Part shown: positions 1 to 10,589 of the stretch, piece after piece | Layout: the number at the start of each line of letters is the position of its first letter | Position numbering within the stretch: position 1 is the stretch's first letter | Source: Polyangiaceae bacterium | Lineage (GTDB): Bacteria; Myxococcota_A; Polyangia; Polyangiales; Polyangiaceae | Length of the DNA stretch: 64,000 nucleotides | Assembly (NCBI GenBank): GCA_050287085.1 | Contig: JBNKBE010000012.1 | Location: forward strand, 96,001 to 160,000 | Reading direction: 5' to 3' | The notes under the pieces: generated by a model | What the model was told of the DNA's origin: nothing | Seen by the model: the letters and a program-made list of their open reading frames with translations, nothing else | Database searches by the model: none | Position numbers and translations under genes: made by a program

Positions 1-383
1 ATCTTGAAGCCCTTGAAAAAGAGCTCTCAAAAAGCGAGTATTAACGAATACTTACCGCCGTTTCAGGTGAGTTTCTCGGCGCTTCCGTGCAGAATCTCGT
101 CTACAAGTTGTCCACAGGCCCAAAACGGCCCCTACGAGTACAGAAGCTCGAACAAAAGCCCCCCGGCCAGCACGCCCACCAAGCCCTGTCCATCGCTCAT
201 TCGCTGGCTAAGGGCCCGCGGATGGAAAGTCAGTCGCGAGCCGATCGAGACCGCCGCGAGGTGGGCGCGTGAGGAGCAAGCACCGCAGAGCTACTGGAGT
301 TGGTCGAGGAGCACTGTGACGAGCCCGCTCACCGCAACAAGAGACTCGGCCGGCGCAAGTGGGACTTTCCCGTCCGGGGGCCT

Positions 384-2213
384 CTAACCCTCAGTTCCGT
401 ACATCGACTCCGCTATGGAGAAGGTACTGTTTTCGAGCTGAGCGTAGGCGTTGCGGATCGTCACCAGGTCAGCACCACTCTCCAAGGTGTGGCGAAGAAG
501 CTCGATGTCGTTGCGAATTGCGCTCGTCGCTTCCTCTCCAACGATGTCCCCGTAGCCTTCGATGGCCTGGGTTGAGGTGTAGATCAAAGCCTCTGCCTGA
601 TTCTTCAGTTCGGCGAGCTCACGCCGCAGACTATCCGTCTGGCGAAAGCGCTCACCAGCCTCCACCAAGGCCGTCACCTCTTCCTCGGTCAGGCCGCTTG
701 TGGGCTTGACGTGAACCGTCTGCACATTTCCGGTGCCAAGGTCTCGCGCCTCAACGGACAGCAACCCCTCCGCATCAACCGCAAACGCCACCTGAATCTT
801 AGGAACCCCCCGCGGAGCGGGTGGGATTCCCGTCAAGTCAAAGCGCGCCAGACTACGATTGTCGGAAGCCATCTCCCGTTCGCCTTGAAGCACGTGAATC
901 GGGACGAAACTCTGGTTGTCGACGCTCGTCGTGAAGATCTCGCTTCGCTCCGTAGGCAGCGTCGTGTTGCGAGGTATCAACTTGGTGAAGACGCCGCCGC
1001 CCGTTTCCACACCGATCGACAGCGGTGCAACATCCAGCAAGAGTACTTCCTCGATCTGCCCGATCAGGGCCGCACCCTGAATTGCCGCTCCAATCGCAAC
1101 AACCTCGTCCGGGTTTACACCTTTATGCGGCTCGCGACCGAAGAACTCCTTCACCGCCCGACGAACGGCGGGCATGCGGGTCATACCCCCCACCAGAACA
1201 ACTTCCTGGATGTCAGCGCGCGACAGCTGGATCTCCTGGAGTAGCGCATCGCAGGCTGCCGTGGTGCGCTCTATGAGGTCCATCGTTAGGATCTCGAGTT
1301 CGCTTCGTTTGATCGTGCGTTCTAGATGCAGAGGACCACTTTCCCCGGTCGTGATGAAGGGAACGTTGACCTGGGTCTGCAGCGCACTGGAGAGCTCATG
1401 CTTCGCCTTCTCGGCGGCTTCGCGCAAACGCTGTAGCGCCATGCGATTCTCTCGCAGATCGATCCCGTGCTGCTTCTGGAACTCGTCGGCGAGCGCATCA
1501 ATGATACGCACATCAAAGTCCTCGCCTCCCAGGTGCGTATCGCCGCCGGTACCCCGCACGTTGAATACGCCACCCGTGATCTCGAGCACCGATATATCGA
1601 ATGTGCCCCCGCCGAGATCGTAAATAGCAACGCGCTGGTCACTCGTTGTGTCGAGCCCGTAGGCGAGCGCCGCCGCGGTCGGCTCATTGACAATGCGTCG
1701 TACCTCCAGCCCGGCTATCGCCCCCGCGTCTTTCGTAGCCTGACGCTGAGCGTCGTCGAAATACGCCGGAACGGTGATGACGACATCGCTCACCGTCTCC
1801 CCGAGGTACGCCTCCGCTGATTCCTTGAGATGAGACAGCACTATGGCCGATATTTCGGGAGGCGACATGGCTTGGTCACGAACGCGCACCCATGCGTCCC
1901 CGTTCTCGTGGGATACGATTTCATACGCCACCATCTCAGCCTGACGCCGCACCTCGGCGGAGTCCGCCTTCCGTCCCATCAGACGCTTGACGGCGTGTAC
2001 CGTGTGTCGCGGATTTGTGGTCGCCTGTCGCTTTGCGACCTGACCCACAAGACGCTCTCCCCCTTCGGTGAATCCAACCAGACTCGGCGTGGTTCGAGCG
2101 CCATCCGCATTCGGAATGACTTGAACGTCGCGTTGTCCCTCCGCACCGGTGCCCTCCAGGACGGCCACGCATGAGTTGGTGGTACCTAGGTCAATTCCTA
2201 TCAACTTCGGCAT
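384..2213 (-). CDS. dnaK: Hsp70 chaperone DnaK
   Basis: GIDLGTTNS, VITVPAYFDDAQRQATKDAG, YDLGGGTFDIS, LVGGMTRMP and NPDEVVAIGAA motifs; 609 aa. Confidence 0.97.
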   Translation of the reverse strand: MPKLIGIDLGTTNSCVAVLEGTGAEGQRDVQVIPNADGARTTPSLVGFTEGGERLVGQVAKRQATTNPRHTVHAVKRLMGRKADSAEVRRQAEMVAYEIVSHENGDAWVRVRDQAMSPPEISAIVLSHLKESAEAYLGETVSDVVITVPAYFDDAQRQATKDAGAIAGLEVRRIVNEPTAAALAYGLDTTSDQRVAIYDLGGGTFDISVLEITGGVFNVRGTGGDTHLGGEDFDVRIIDALADEFQKQHGIDLRENRMALQRLREAAEKAKHELSSALQTQVNVPFITTGESGPLHLERTIKRSELEILTMDLIERTTAACDALLQEIQLSRADIQEVVLVGGMTRMPAVRRAVKEFFGREPHKGVNPDEVVAIGAAIQGAALIGQIEEVLLLDVAPLSIGVETGGGVFTKLIPRNTTLPTERSEIFTTSVDNQSFVPIHVLQGEREMASDNRSLARFDLTGIPPAPRGVPKIQVAFAVDAEGLLSVEARDLGTGNVQTVHVKPTSGLTEEEVTALVEAGERFRQTDSLRRELAELKNQAEALIYTSTQAIEGYGDIVGEEATSAIRNDIELLRHTLESGADLVTIRNAYAQLENSTFSIAESMYGTEG

Positions 2214-2333
2214 CGGCCCCTAGCTTAGTCCCAGCACGCGCAAGCGCCCCCAGCAATATGAGCAAAGCAGCGCAGGTGTCGCTTTTCGAACATCCGGCTG
2301 GTTCGACGACGAGCGCCCACCAGCCCTTAGCAG

Positions 2334-2933
2334 CTATTGGCCGCTGCCCGAGTCACCGGGTGGAGCCTTGGCCACGACCACCATCGCTGGCCGGATCAAG
2401 CGCTGCCCCGCGCGATAGCCCCCTTGCACCTCAGCCACGACCGAACCCGGCTCGGCGTCGGTAGTCTCAAGGTGTTGTATGGCTTCGTGAAACGCTGGGT
2501 CAAACGCTACTCCGACGCTGGTGACGCGCTCGATCCCAACGCGGGTCAAGGTGTCCTGAAACTGACGGGCGACCATTTCGATACCACTCGCAAACGAGCT
2601 TAGGTCGACCGCGCTCCCCGCCGCCGCCATCGCGCGTTCGAGATTGTCGAAGACCGGCAGGAGATCCTTGAGCATACCCTCACGCCCCTGAGAGCGCGCG
2701 TCTTCCTGCTCGCGCCTTGAGCGCTTCCGGAAATTATCAAAGTCGGCAGCTGTTCTCATCAGCTGCTCACGCAACTGCTGAACGCGCTGCTCAGCCTCCG
2801 CCAACAGATCGGCTACTGACGCCTCGCCGCTTTCGCCCGTCGGAGCGTCGCTGGCGCCATCGGTGTCGCCGGCTGACTCCGGGACAGTCGAAGGGGGAAC
2901 GTCCTGCTCAGGTCGCTCTGATTCGCTTGCCAC
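2334..2933 (-). CDS. grpE: Nucleotide exchange factor GrpE
   Basis: [29 protein letters not shown] and GY...[10 protein letters not shown] motifs; directly upstream of dnaK. Confidence 0.96.
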   Translation of the reverse strand: MASESERPEQDVPPSTVPESAGDTDGASDAPTGESGEASVADLLAEAEQRVQQLREQLMRTAADFDNFRKRSRREQEDARSQGREGMLKDLLPVFDNLERAMAAAGSAVDLSSFASGIEMVARQFQDTLTRVGIERVTSVGVAFDPAFHEAIQHLETTDAEPGSVVAEVQGGYRAGQRLIRPAMVVVAKAPPGDSGSGQ

Positions 2934-3048
2934 GATGTCTCTTTATCCTGTTCCGAGATTGGTAGTGAGCCGGACCTACTATAGCCATCCCTGGGGAAGT
3001 GCAACCCTCGGCAGCGAAAGACCGCCCAAGGCTCAAGCCGGGCCAGGC

Positions 3049-4116
3049 TCAATGGGGGCTGCCCGGCATTGCTTCTGAACATCGACGATGGCGAAGGGCC
3101 GTCAGACTCCCACCCGTCGAGCGCCCGTCCTCACTTGCAGGTGGATTTGCCTGAAACCAACGATCCACCGGCCGGGGCAGCACCCAAAACTCCCCTGCTG
3201 GCAGGGTCCGAAGCGGATGGGATCCGGAGTCGGCGCTGGCCCGGCCGTAGGCGGCCGATTCGAGCCAGAAACAGTGCCGGTCATGATTGGGCGCCAGCAG
3301 GTGCGTGCGCCCGCGCCGGAGCAGTAGTTTCATGTCGCGCTGGGTGCCATCGGCGAAACTCAGGTGAAAGTGCCTGTGCCCAGCCGCAACGCGAACGTGA
3401 AGACCCGCCCCCGGGCTCTCCAAACTCGTCGGCTGAAGGGTCCCTAGGGGCCCCCCGTCCGCTGATAGGGTGACGGGCTGATTGCCTAGGTTGAGGATCA
3501 TCAGCTCAGGGAAGAGATAGCCGTACAGGATAGGAGCCAGCACCATGGCAGCCAATGGGACCCCAAGCGTCGATGCACGGACGACGGCTTCGTGGCGCCG
3601 CACTTCCTCGAGCTCGACCCGATTGAGGGCCGCCGCACGAGCCGCCCATGCTGGATGTGTACACACCAAGCGCTCAGGACCGGAGAAGAACACCGCCGCC
3701 CCCTCACTGCTGCGCCCCTGACCGGGCCTTCTATGCACCACCGAGAGAGCAATGATGGGCGCCAGGGACGCCGTCAGGACGGCCAAGCCAAAACCCCACA
3801 CGCTCGCTCGCGGCGCCAACACCGGCCAAGTCAAAGCCGCGGCGGAGGCGCCGACAAGCGCAGCCAGCACGGCCGCAAGCCTGCGGGTGACAACCGCCGC
3901 CTGCGCACCATAACAGCGCTCGCAATACGGCACGAGCAGCTGCTCAGCCGCCCCTTGGACCACCGCACTGCACGAGGCGTCCCCATCACAACACGCGCAT
4001 TCGGCCGGCAAGACTCCACCGCTTTCCGGCCAAACGAGCGCCCACGCCGGCCGAGGCGCGGGCAGCAATTCGAGCCCGCCCAGAGCCGCTCGAGAAGGAT
4101 CAGCCGTAATGCTCAC
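3049..4116 (-). CDS. Hypothetical membrane protein with Cys clusters (CACC...PYCERC) and about 3 TM helices
   Basis: Long ORF with hydrophobic segments. Start placed at GTG 4116 so that it does not overlap the divergent helicase gene. Confidence 0.6.
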   Translation of the reverse strand: MSITADPSRAALGGLELLPAPRPAWALVWPESGGVLPAECACCDGDASCSAVVQGAAEQLLVPYCERCYGAQAAVVTRRLAAVLAALVGASAAALTWPVLAPRASVWGFGLAVLTASLAPIIALSVVHRRPGQGRSSEGAAVFFSGPERLVCTHPAWAARAAALNRVELEEVRRHEAVVRASTLGVPLAAMVLAPILYGYLFPELMILNLGNQPVTLSADGGPLGTLQPTSLESPGAGLHVRVAAGHRHFHLSFADGTQRDMKLLLRRGRTHLLAPNHDRHCFWLESAAYGRASADSGSHPLRTLPAGEFWVLPRPVDRWFQANPPASEDGRSTGGSLTALRHRRCSEAMPGSPH

Positions 4117-4236
4117 CGGCGCCAGTGTGCCGGGGGAGCCCCGGCCTGTCAAAAGGACCCGAACAACCCCGAAAACGGCGGGACCCCGGTCCACATATCG
4201 GTTGAGCCGAGCAGCGGGAGGGACTACCCCCATCGG

Positions 4237-6534
4237 ATGCAACTCAATGAGCCTCAGCGGGAAGCCGCGCTCCACACGAGTGGTCCGCTCTTGGTCTTCG
4301 CTGGCGCTGGCAGCGGCAAAACACGCGTTATCACGTACCGCGTCGCCAACCTACTAGCCAATCACCGAGTTCCTCCCTACCGCATTCTCTGTGTCACCTT
4401 CACGAATAAGGCGGCCGGCGAGATGCGCGAGCGACTCGAAAAGCTCGCGGGCCCAGAGGTGGTGCGCGATCTGTGGGTAGGAACGTTTCACTCTGTTTGT
4501 TGCCGTCTCCTTCGGCGCTATCACGACGAGGTCGGTCTTGAACGCCACTTTGTCATCTATGATGACTCCGACCAAAAGGCGGTGGTCGCCCGTCTGATCA
4601 AGGACCGTGGTCTCGACGACCGGCTGTACCCCCCGAAGCGCGTGCTGGCGCGCATTCACGGGAAGAAGCAGGAAGGCGTGCGCCCGCGCGAAGTGAAGGA
4701 GGACAATATCTTCGACGCGGTACATGTCGAGCTATTCGAGGCCTATGAGGGCGCCCTCAAGCGCGCCAACGCCGTCGACTTCGACGACCTCATTCTGCAC
4801 GTCATGCGTATTGCCGAGGACACGACCAGCGCGGCTGGCCGGGAGCTGCGCGAACGCTTCGACTATCTTCTCGTCGACGAATTTCAGGATACGAACGGAG
4901 TGCAGTATCGGCTGATACGCGCCCTGGCCGCTCACTCGCAGAACTTGTGTGTCGTGGGAGACGACGACCAGTCCATCTACAGCTGGCGCGGCGCCGACAT
5001 CCGCAACATTCGCGGCTTCCAGCGAGACTTCCCGAGCGCTGCGGTGGTGAAGCTAGAGCAGAACTACCGCTCGAGCGCCAACATCGTCGCGGCTGCGCTG
5101 GGCGTCATCGAGCAATCCGAATCTCGCGAACCCAAAGCGTTGTGGACGGAACAGCCCGCGGGCGAAGACATCGTTGTTCGCGCCTGCCGCGACGAACGGG
5201 ACGAGGCACGCTACGTGGCAGAAACGGTCGCCAGCGAGGTCATAAGCGGCACGGCCGCCAACGAGATCGCTATCTTCTACCGGGTAAACGCTCAGTCCCG
5301 AGTGCTGGAAGAGGCGTTGCGAGCGCTTGCTGTCCCCTACCAAATCGTCGGCGGCATGCGCTTCTTCGACCGAGCTGAGGTGAAAGACGTCATGGCCTAC
5401 CTGCGCTTGGTCCAAAATCCACGCAGCGACGCGGATCTGGTGCGGGTCATCAACGTTCCTGCCCGAGGTATCGGGCAGAAGTCGGTGCAACGCTTGCTCG
5501 ACTTCGCCACCCAGCGCGGCACTTCCGCCTACGACGCCTTGCGCCCCGCGTTGCATGAAGGCGCCCTGGGTGCCGCCGCAAAGAAGCGGGTCTTGGCCTT
5601 TGTCGAGCTCGTCGACGAACTTCGTCGCTTGAGCTCAGAGCTTGGCCCCTCGGCGCTCGCCTCCGAGATCGTGGAACGGACGGACTATCGCAAGGCGCTG
5701 CGCGACGCCGATACCGCGGAGGCCGACGCCCGCCTCGAAAACATTGAAGAGCTATTGGGCTCGATCAAAGAATACGAGGCCGACTGCGAGGCCCACGAGC
5801 TACCCATCTCGCTGGACGGTTACCTGGAACGCGTCGCACTCGTTGCGGATATCGATCAGGTGGAGACGGGACCCAGCGTCCTGATGATGACCGTTCACAG
5901 TGCCAAAGGCCTGGAGTTTGATCGCGTATTTCTCACCGGGCTCGAGGAGGAGATATTTCCGTACCGCGGGGTGGACGGCGAAGCTCCCGACGAGCTCGAA
6001 GAGGAAAGGCGCCTCGCCTACGTCGCGATCACACGCGCCCGCAAGCGTCTGACGATCACCTACGCGGGCATGCGGCTGATCTTTGGACAGACACGCTACG
6101 GCGCGCCGAGTCGCTTCTTGGCAAATCTGCCGGAAGACACGATTTCACACACCGGCGGAGCGTTTGGCGGAGGACACCTCCGTTTCGGCTCGCGCGACTG
6201 GGACTCGCCGCGACACTCCCAGCCCTCCCGCTCCGCGCCGAGTCGCTTCGTTCCCGGCCGCGGCTACGTACATGGCGCCCCCCCCGCAGCGGAGGCGTCG
6301 CGCGCGCGCTCGCTCTCCCCAGCGAAGCCGCCGGAGGGCGAACGTCATATCGACTATGAAGCTTATGACGACATCCCCCAGGCGCAGCAGGTCAAGGGCA
6401 AACGAGTATTTCATCAGCGCTTCGGGCGCGGCATCGTGCAGCGAGTCGAACCCGGGATCCCCCCCCAAGTCGTGGCGCGTTTCCCTGGCTTCGGCGAGCG
6501 CAAGGTGCTCGCCTCCTATCTCCGCTTCGAGTAG
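4237..6534 (+). CDS. uvrD: UvrD/PcrA-family ATP-dependent DNA helicase with C-terminal tudor-like domain
   Basis: LNEPQREA, AGAGSGKT, TFTNKAA, LVDEFQD, VGDDDQSIYSWRGA, LEQNYRS, TVHSAKGLEF and EERRLAYVAITRA motifs. Start MQLNEPQ at 4237; the ORF track extends it spuriously to 3592. Confidence 0.95.
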   Translation: MQLNEPQREAALHTSGPLLVFAGAGSGKTRVITYRVANLLANHRVPPYRILCVTFTNKAAGEMRERLEKLAGPEVVRDLWVGTFHSVCCRLLRRYHDEVGLERHFVIYDDSDQKAVVARLIKDRGLDDRLYPPKRVLARIHGKKQEGVRPREVKEDNIFDAVHVELFEAYEGALKRANAVDFDDLILHVMRIAEDTTSAAGRELRERFDYLLVDEFQDTNGVQYRLIRALAAHSQNLCVVGDDDQSIYSWRGADIRNIRGFQRDFPSAAVVKLEQNYRSSANIVAAALGVIEQSESREPKALWTEQPAGEDIVVRACRDERDEARYVAETVASEVISGTAANEIAIFYRVNAQSRVLEEALRALAVPYQIVGGMRFFDRAEVKDVMAYLRLVQNPRSDADLVRVINVPARGIGQKSVQRLLDFATQRGTSAYDALRPALHEGALGAAAKKRVLAFVELVDELRRLSSELGPSALASEIVERTDYRKALRDADTAEADARLENIEELLGSIKEYEADCEAHELPISLDGYLERVALVADIDQVETGPSVLMMTVHSAKGLEFDRVFLTGLEEEIFPYRGVDGEAPDELEEERRLAYVAITRARKRLTITYAGMRLIFGQTRYGAPSRFLANLPEDTISHTGGAFGGGHLRFGSRDWDSPRHSQPSRSAPSRFVPGRGYVHGAPPAAEASRARSLSPAKPPEGERHIDYEAYDDIPQAQQVKGKRVFHQRFGRGIVQRVEPGIPPQVVARFPGFGERKVLASYLRFE

Positions 6535-6545
6535 AAGCAACGAGC

Positions 6546-6860
6546 ATGAACAAGCGACTGCAGATGTTGGAACAGCTGGCAGCTAGCGACAGCGCCGATG
6601 CGTTCACGCTCTACGGGCTCGCCATGGAATACCGGCGCGAAGGGCGCTCAGCGGACGGCTTGAGCGCCTTTGAGCGACTGAGAGATCAGTTTCCTAACTA
6701 CCTTCCGACCTATCTGATGGCCGCCCAGCTGCTGTGCGAACTGGATCAACCCAAGTCCGCGAGCGTATGGCTGAAAGAAGGCATTGCTTTGGCGCAGTCA
6801 GCCGGCGACAGCAAAACACTCGGTGAGCTTGAAGAGCTCCTCGCGACGCTGGATCAATAG
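6546..6860 (+). CDS. Small TPR-repeat protein
   Basis: DAFTLYGLAMEY...FPNYLPTYLMAAQLL TPR pattern; 11 bp after the helicase stop. Confidence 0.8.
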   Translation: MNKRLQMLEQLAASDSADAFTLYGLAMEYRREGRSADGLSAFERLRDQFPNYLPTYLMAAQLLCELDQPKSASVWLKEGIALAQSAGDSKTLGELEELLATLDQ

Positions 6861-6870
6861 GACGCCACCA

Positions 6871-8025
6871 TTGGCCAGCCTGGGTCGAAAGGCAGCAACG
6901 TGGGGGGTCGGCTTCGCGGCAATCTGCGTCGCTTGGAGCATTGGAGTGCTGGTGCTGGCGCCCCGTGCAACGTCCAGCGCTTATGTCGCCGAAGCGTCGT
7001 CTTTGCGCCAGCCGGGGGAGTCCCCGCAGCTGCGCGTGCTGCTGATCGGTGATGCCGGCGGATTGGACCACGCGTCGCCCCTGATTGCGCTCGCCGAGGA
7101 GCGCGCCCAGCTCGCTCCCGAGCGCACGCTGGTGGTCTTCTTGGGAGACAACATCTACCCCGCCGGGTTGCCTCCGTTGGGAGCTCCGGACCGAGCTCGA
7201 GCCGAAGCGCGACTCCGTCGCCAGTTTAGCGGCCTCAAGAAGCTAGGGGCGGAACTCCTATTCCTGCCCGGAAACCACGACTGGGCCAACTCGGGACCCG
7301 ATGGGGCCGACGCCGTGCGGCGTCAGCAGGCCTTCCTCTTGGCAAGAGGAGTCGAGTTCCAGCCGCGCGACGCGCTCCCCGGTCCGCTGTGCCGCGACTA
7401 CCCCGGCCTCCGTCTGCTTGCGCTCGATACACAGTGGTGGCTGCACGGCGGTCCCAAGCCCGCCGCGGACGAGGCTCGCGTGTGGGAGGCGATTCAGGCG
7501 TGCGTACGCGACGCCCCAACCCCCGTGCTCCTGACCACTCACCACCCGCCGCGAAGCTACGGGGCCCACGGTGGACGCTTCACCTGGACCGACCATCTAC
7601 TTCCCTTGCGAAGGCGAAAGGGGTTCTTGGGCCTGCTCCCAACACCGCTGCTCGGCTCGGCCTACGTGGGTCTGCGTAGCCTTAGACCAAGCGCGCAAGA
7701 TCAAGCGCACCCCCGCTACCAAGAGCTCCTATCCGGGCTCGGCGCAGCGCTGGCTCAGCACCCTCCACGCCTGTGGGCGGCAGGGCACGAACACAACCTA
7801 CTGCTCGACCGCGGCGGTAGCAGCGCATCCTGGCTACTGGTCAGCGGGTCAGGATCCTCGGCCACCGCAACCACTCATGGCGCCGATACCCTATTTGCCC
7901 AGTCCGCCCGAGGACTGGCGGAGCTCGAGGTGTTTGGGCCGCGTTGGACCCTCACGATCCATGCCCTCGCCGACGGCAAACGGACGCTCTGGTCGCACCC
8001 GCTGACCGCCCCTAGCGCCCAATGA
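6871..8025 (+). CDS. Secreted or membrane-anchored metallophosphoesterase (calcineurin-like fold)
   Basis: GDAG, FLGDNIYP, PGNHDW, HHP and GHEH metal-ligand motifs; N-terminal hydrophobic segment; TTG start inferred. Confidence 0.85.
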   Translation: MASLGRKAATWGVGFAAICVAWSIGVLVLAPRATSSAYVAEASSLRQPGESPQLRVLLIGDAGGLDHASPLIALAEERAQLAPERTLVVFLGDNIYPAGLPPLGAPDRARAEARLRRQFSGLKKLGAELLFLPGNHDWANSGPDGADAVRRQQAFLLARGVEFQPRDALPGPLCRDYPGLRLLALDTQWWLHGGPKPAADEARVWEAIQACVRDAPTPVLLTTHHPPRSYGAHGGRFTWTDHLLPLRRRKGFLGLLPTPLLGSAYVGLRSLRPSAQDQAHPRYQELLSGLGAALAQHPPRLWAAGHEHNLLLDRGGSSASWLLVSGSGSSATATTHGADTLFAQSARGLAELEVFGPRWTLTIHALADGKRTLWSHPLTAPSAQ

Positions 8026-8119
8026 CGCAAGTGCGCACCGGGCACGAGCCGGCGCCGGCGTGGCAAATCACCAGCGGACGCTGTCCCTGACGAAAGGGCT
8101 GTGATAGGCCGCTCGGAGT

Positions 8120-9082
8120 ATGGCCAAGGCTTCTCGCACGTTCTGGACGCTGGGCTGCGCGCTCGCAGGCTGGCTCTCTGCAGCGCAAGTGCAGGCAAGA
8201 ATCGTTGAACGGGTTATCGCTGTAGTCGGGGAACGCCCGCTGCTGCTGACGGAACTGCAAGCGCGCGCGCGACCATTCCTGCTCCAGCTGGAGACAGCAC
8301 CGCCGCAAGAACGCGCCGGGGCCACAGCCCAGCTCTACCGCTCGCTGCTCGATCGCATGATCGACGAAGAGCTGCTCCGGCGCGCCGCCGCCAAAGATCA
8401 CGTGACGGTGACCAGCGAGGAGGTGGATGCCGCCATCGAACGCGTTGCCAAGGGCAATCAGGTGACTCGCGAGCAGCTCCTGCAAGAAGTTGAGCGCTCG
8501 GGAGTGCCTCAGGGGGAGTACCGCAAAGAGCTCCAGCGACAGCTCCTGGATGCCAAGGTCATGAACCTGCGGCTACAAGGTCGTATTCGCGTGTCCGAGC
8601 AGGAAATGAAAGCGGCCTACGACAAGGTGGCCGCCGCTGAACACGCGGCCTTGCCCGTCAGAATCGCCGCGCTGCGCTTGCCCTGGCGGCCCGGGGACGA
8701 CGCCACGCGCCAGAAGCTGGTAGCGGTGGGTGAGCAAGCGCGCAACGGAGCTGATTTTCAAGCCCTCGTGCGCCAATACTCGGATGATCCGGCCGCCCGC
8801 GAAAGCGGCGGTGAGTTGCCCATGCTCCCCGCAAATCAGATGGCCGAGGAGCTGAGCGCTGCGGTCGCGGATCTCAGCCCCGGAGACGTCAGCGCTCCCA
8901 TCGAAAGTGGCGACGCGCTGGTGATCATCAAGCTGCTCGAACGCCAGGCATCGGAGATTCCGGAGTTCGAAGCGGTTCGCCCCCAGTTGGAGCAACGCGT
9001 CCAACTCCAAAAGATGGAAAAGGCACGAGCCAGCTGGCTCAAGAACCTGCGCAAGACGACCCACGTGGAGATTCGTTACTGA
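8120..9082 (+). CDS. surA: SurA-like periplasmic chaperone / parvulin-type peptidyl-prolyl isomerase
   Basis: Signal peptide, IVERVIAVVG N-terminal domain, GADFQALVRQYSDD...GGEL...PGDVSAPI rotamase domain. Confidence 0.85.
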   Translation: MAKASRTFWTLGCALAGWLSAAQVQARIVERVIAVVGERPLLLTELQARARPFLLQLETAPPQERAGATAQLYRSLLDRMIDEELLRRAAAKDHVTVTSEEVDAAIERVAKGNQVTREQLLQEVERSGVPQGEYRKELQRQLLDAKVMNLRLQGRIRVSEQEMKAAYDKVAAAEHAALPVRIAALRLPWRPGDDATRQKLVAVGEQARNGADFQALVRQYSDDPAARESGGELPMLPANQMAEELSAAVADLSPGDVSAPIESGDALVIIKLLERQASEIPEFEAVRPQLEQRVQLQKMEKARASWLKNLRKTTHVEIRY

Positions 9083-9252
9083 TGGCGGGCCGGGCGGAGT
9101 CGCCGAGCCAGGATCGCTTCGCGCGAATCGCCGCGTCGATGTCGCAGTGACAAATTGGCAGCAATAGGGGCATCCCGCGCCAGCTTGTCGACGGCCCCGC
9201 CCCATGCAAAGCGCTCGCAGCCCAATAGCCGATAACACCCTCCAGTTGATAC

Positions 9253-9268
9253 TGGCACGCTACGTGCT
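9253..9268 (+). promoter_or_regulatory. Candidate sigma-54 (-24/-12) promoter
   Basis: TGGCACG-CTAC-GTGCT versus consensus TGGCACG-N4-TTGCW, with correct GG/GC spacing, just upstream of the 9285 CDS. Confidence 0.5.
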
Positions 9269-9284
9269 CACTCACTAGGCTGCC

Positions 9285-10589
9285 ATGTCAATGAGGTTCG
9301 AACCACGCGCGCCTTTGCATAGGGTCTTGTGCTGGACTTGTGTTGTGCTCTCGGGGCTATTGATGCTCGCTGGGCCCGCTGCCGCTCAGACGATCTCTCA
9401 GATCAACACTCAAGATGACCGCATCATCACCTACGAGGCGGAGTCAACACTCCCGACGCGACGAGAAGGCAGCAACCGACTCACGCTGCGCAGCGCTGAA
9501 TGCCTCGCCGATGCGGAGCTCGTGGTGCATCTGCAGATCATGGCGCCCAACAGTAGCTACTTGCTGGAGGCCTGGGCCGGCTCGAGTGGCTCCTGCAACG
9601 AACGCGACGCACGTCTCAATGCCACTTTCGATCCCCCCCAATGCTGGAAACTGGCCAGCGAACAGAATAGCCAGACCGAACTCACGCTGCGACTCCCGGT
9701 CCGTCGCCTTCTGGCCCAAGAACAAGACGCCGCTTCGAAGGACTACAGCAGTGACATCTGCTACACGACCAGTGATCTGACCGTCACGCTGACGCTTCTG
9801 CACGTCAATGGTTCGAAAGACCCGGTAGGTACCGGGACCACCCTCACCATTCCAGTCAATACCCAGGGCCCTCCAACCCCTACCGGCGTCACCGCAGAAA
9901 CAGCTGACCGCTCGCTGGTCGTTTCCTGGGATGTAGCCGCCGGAAACAACGTCCAGACCTATGAGGTCTATTGCTTGCCTGCGGACGGTGTGACCTCACA
10001 ACAAGGAGCCGCACTCACGCTGGATGGTGGCGTGGGCGGCGCCGCAGCTGACGCCGCGGCCGACGCCGCCCCTCCGTCTGCGAACACCACCAACCCAGAA
10101 TCAAGCGCAAGCGGCGCGGGCTCTGGCGCCTCCGAAGCCACGCCCGACGCAGGAAGCGGTGCCGTGACGTCACCGGTGGTCACCACCAACGACACTGCCT
10201 GCGATATCTCCGATTACCTGGTCAACGGCGAACTTGTCCTCACCGAAGCGCAGCGCAAACAGTATCTGTGCAAGAGCGCGTCAGGGATTGCAGGCTCGGT
10301 ACGCACAGAAAAGGTGCTCACCAACAACCGTCGCTACGCGGTGGTTGTCGTAGGGCTGGACGAAAGCTTCAACGAAAGCGAATTGCAGCCCGGCGCCTGC
10401 GGCGTACCCGCAGACGTGGTCGAAGCCTTCGAGGTGTATGAGGCTATCGGCGGCGAAGGCGGAGGCGGCTATTTCAAGTGCTCAACGGCCGGCGTCGCAG
10501 CCAAAGCGCGCACTACCCCCGTCGCCAGCCTTCTGCTCGGTCTGCTACTGACCATGATGTGGATACGACGAGAAAGGAAGAGCGCGTGA
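9285..10589 (+). CDS. Secreted FN3-domain surface protein with MYXO-CTERM-like sorting signal (resembles MXAN_2561 family)
   Basis: Signal peptide; FN3-like PPTPTGVT...LVVSW...YEVY; Ala/Ser/Gly linker; C-terminal GGGG-YFKCST, hydrophobic helix and RRERK. Confidence 0.75.
   Translation: MSMRFEPRAPLHRVLCWTCVVLSGLLMLAGPAAAQTISQINTQDDRIITYEAESTLPTRREGSNRLTLRSAECLADAELVVHLQIMAPNSSYLLEAWAGSSGSCNERDARLNATFDPPQCWKLASEQNSQTELTLRLPVRRLLAQEQDAASKDYSSDICYTTSDLTVTLTLLHVNGSKDPVGTGTTLTIPVNTQGPPTPTGVTAETADRSLVVSWDVAAGNNVQTYEVYCLPADGVTSQQGAALTLDGGVGGAAADAAADAAPPSANTTNPESSASGAGSGASEATPDAGSGAVTSPVVTTNDTACDISDYLVNGELVLTEAQRKQYLCKSASGIAGSVRTEKVLTNNRRYAVVVVGLDESFNESELQPGACGVPADVVEAFEVYEAIGGEGGGGYFKCSTAGVAAKARTTPVASLLLGLLLTMMWIRRERKSA

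Noticed and set aside
2978..3004. Sigma-70 promoter for grpE (TTGCAC...TATAGT on the minus strand)
   Set aside because: The spacer is only 15 nt, too marginal to call.
3592..4236. 215-aa N-terminal extension of UvrD in the ORF track
   Set aside because: It is the antisense shadow of the minus-strand gene; helicase homology starts at MQLNEPQ (4237).
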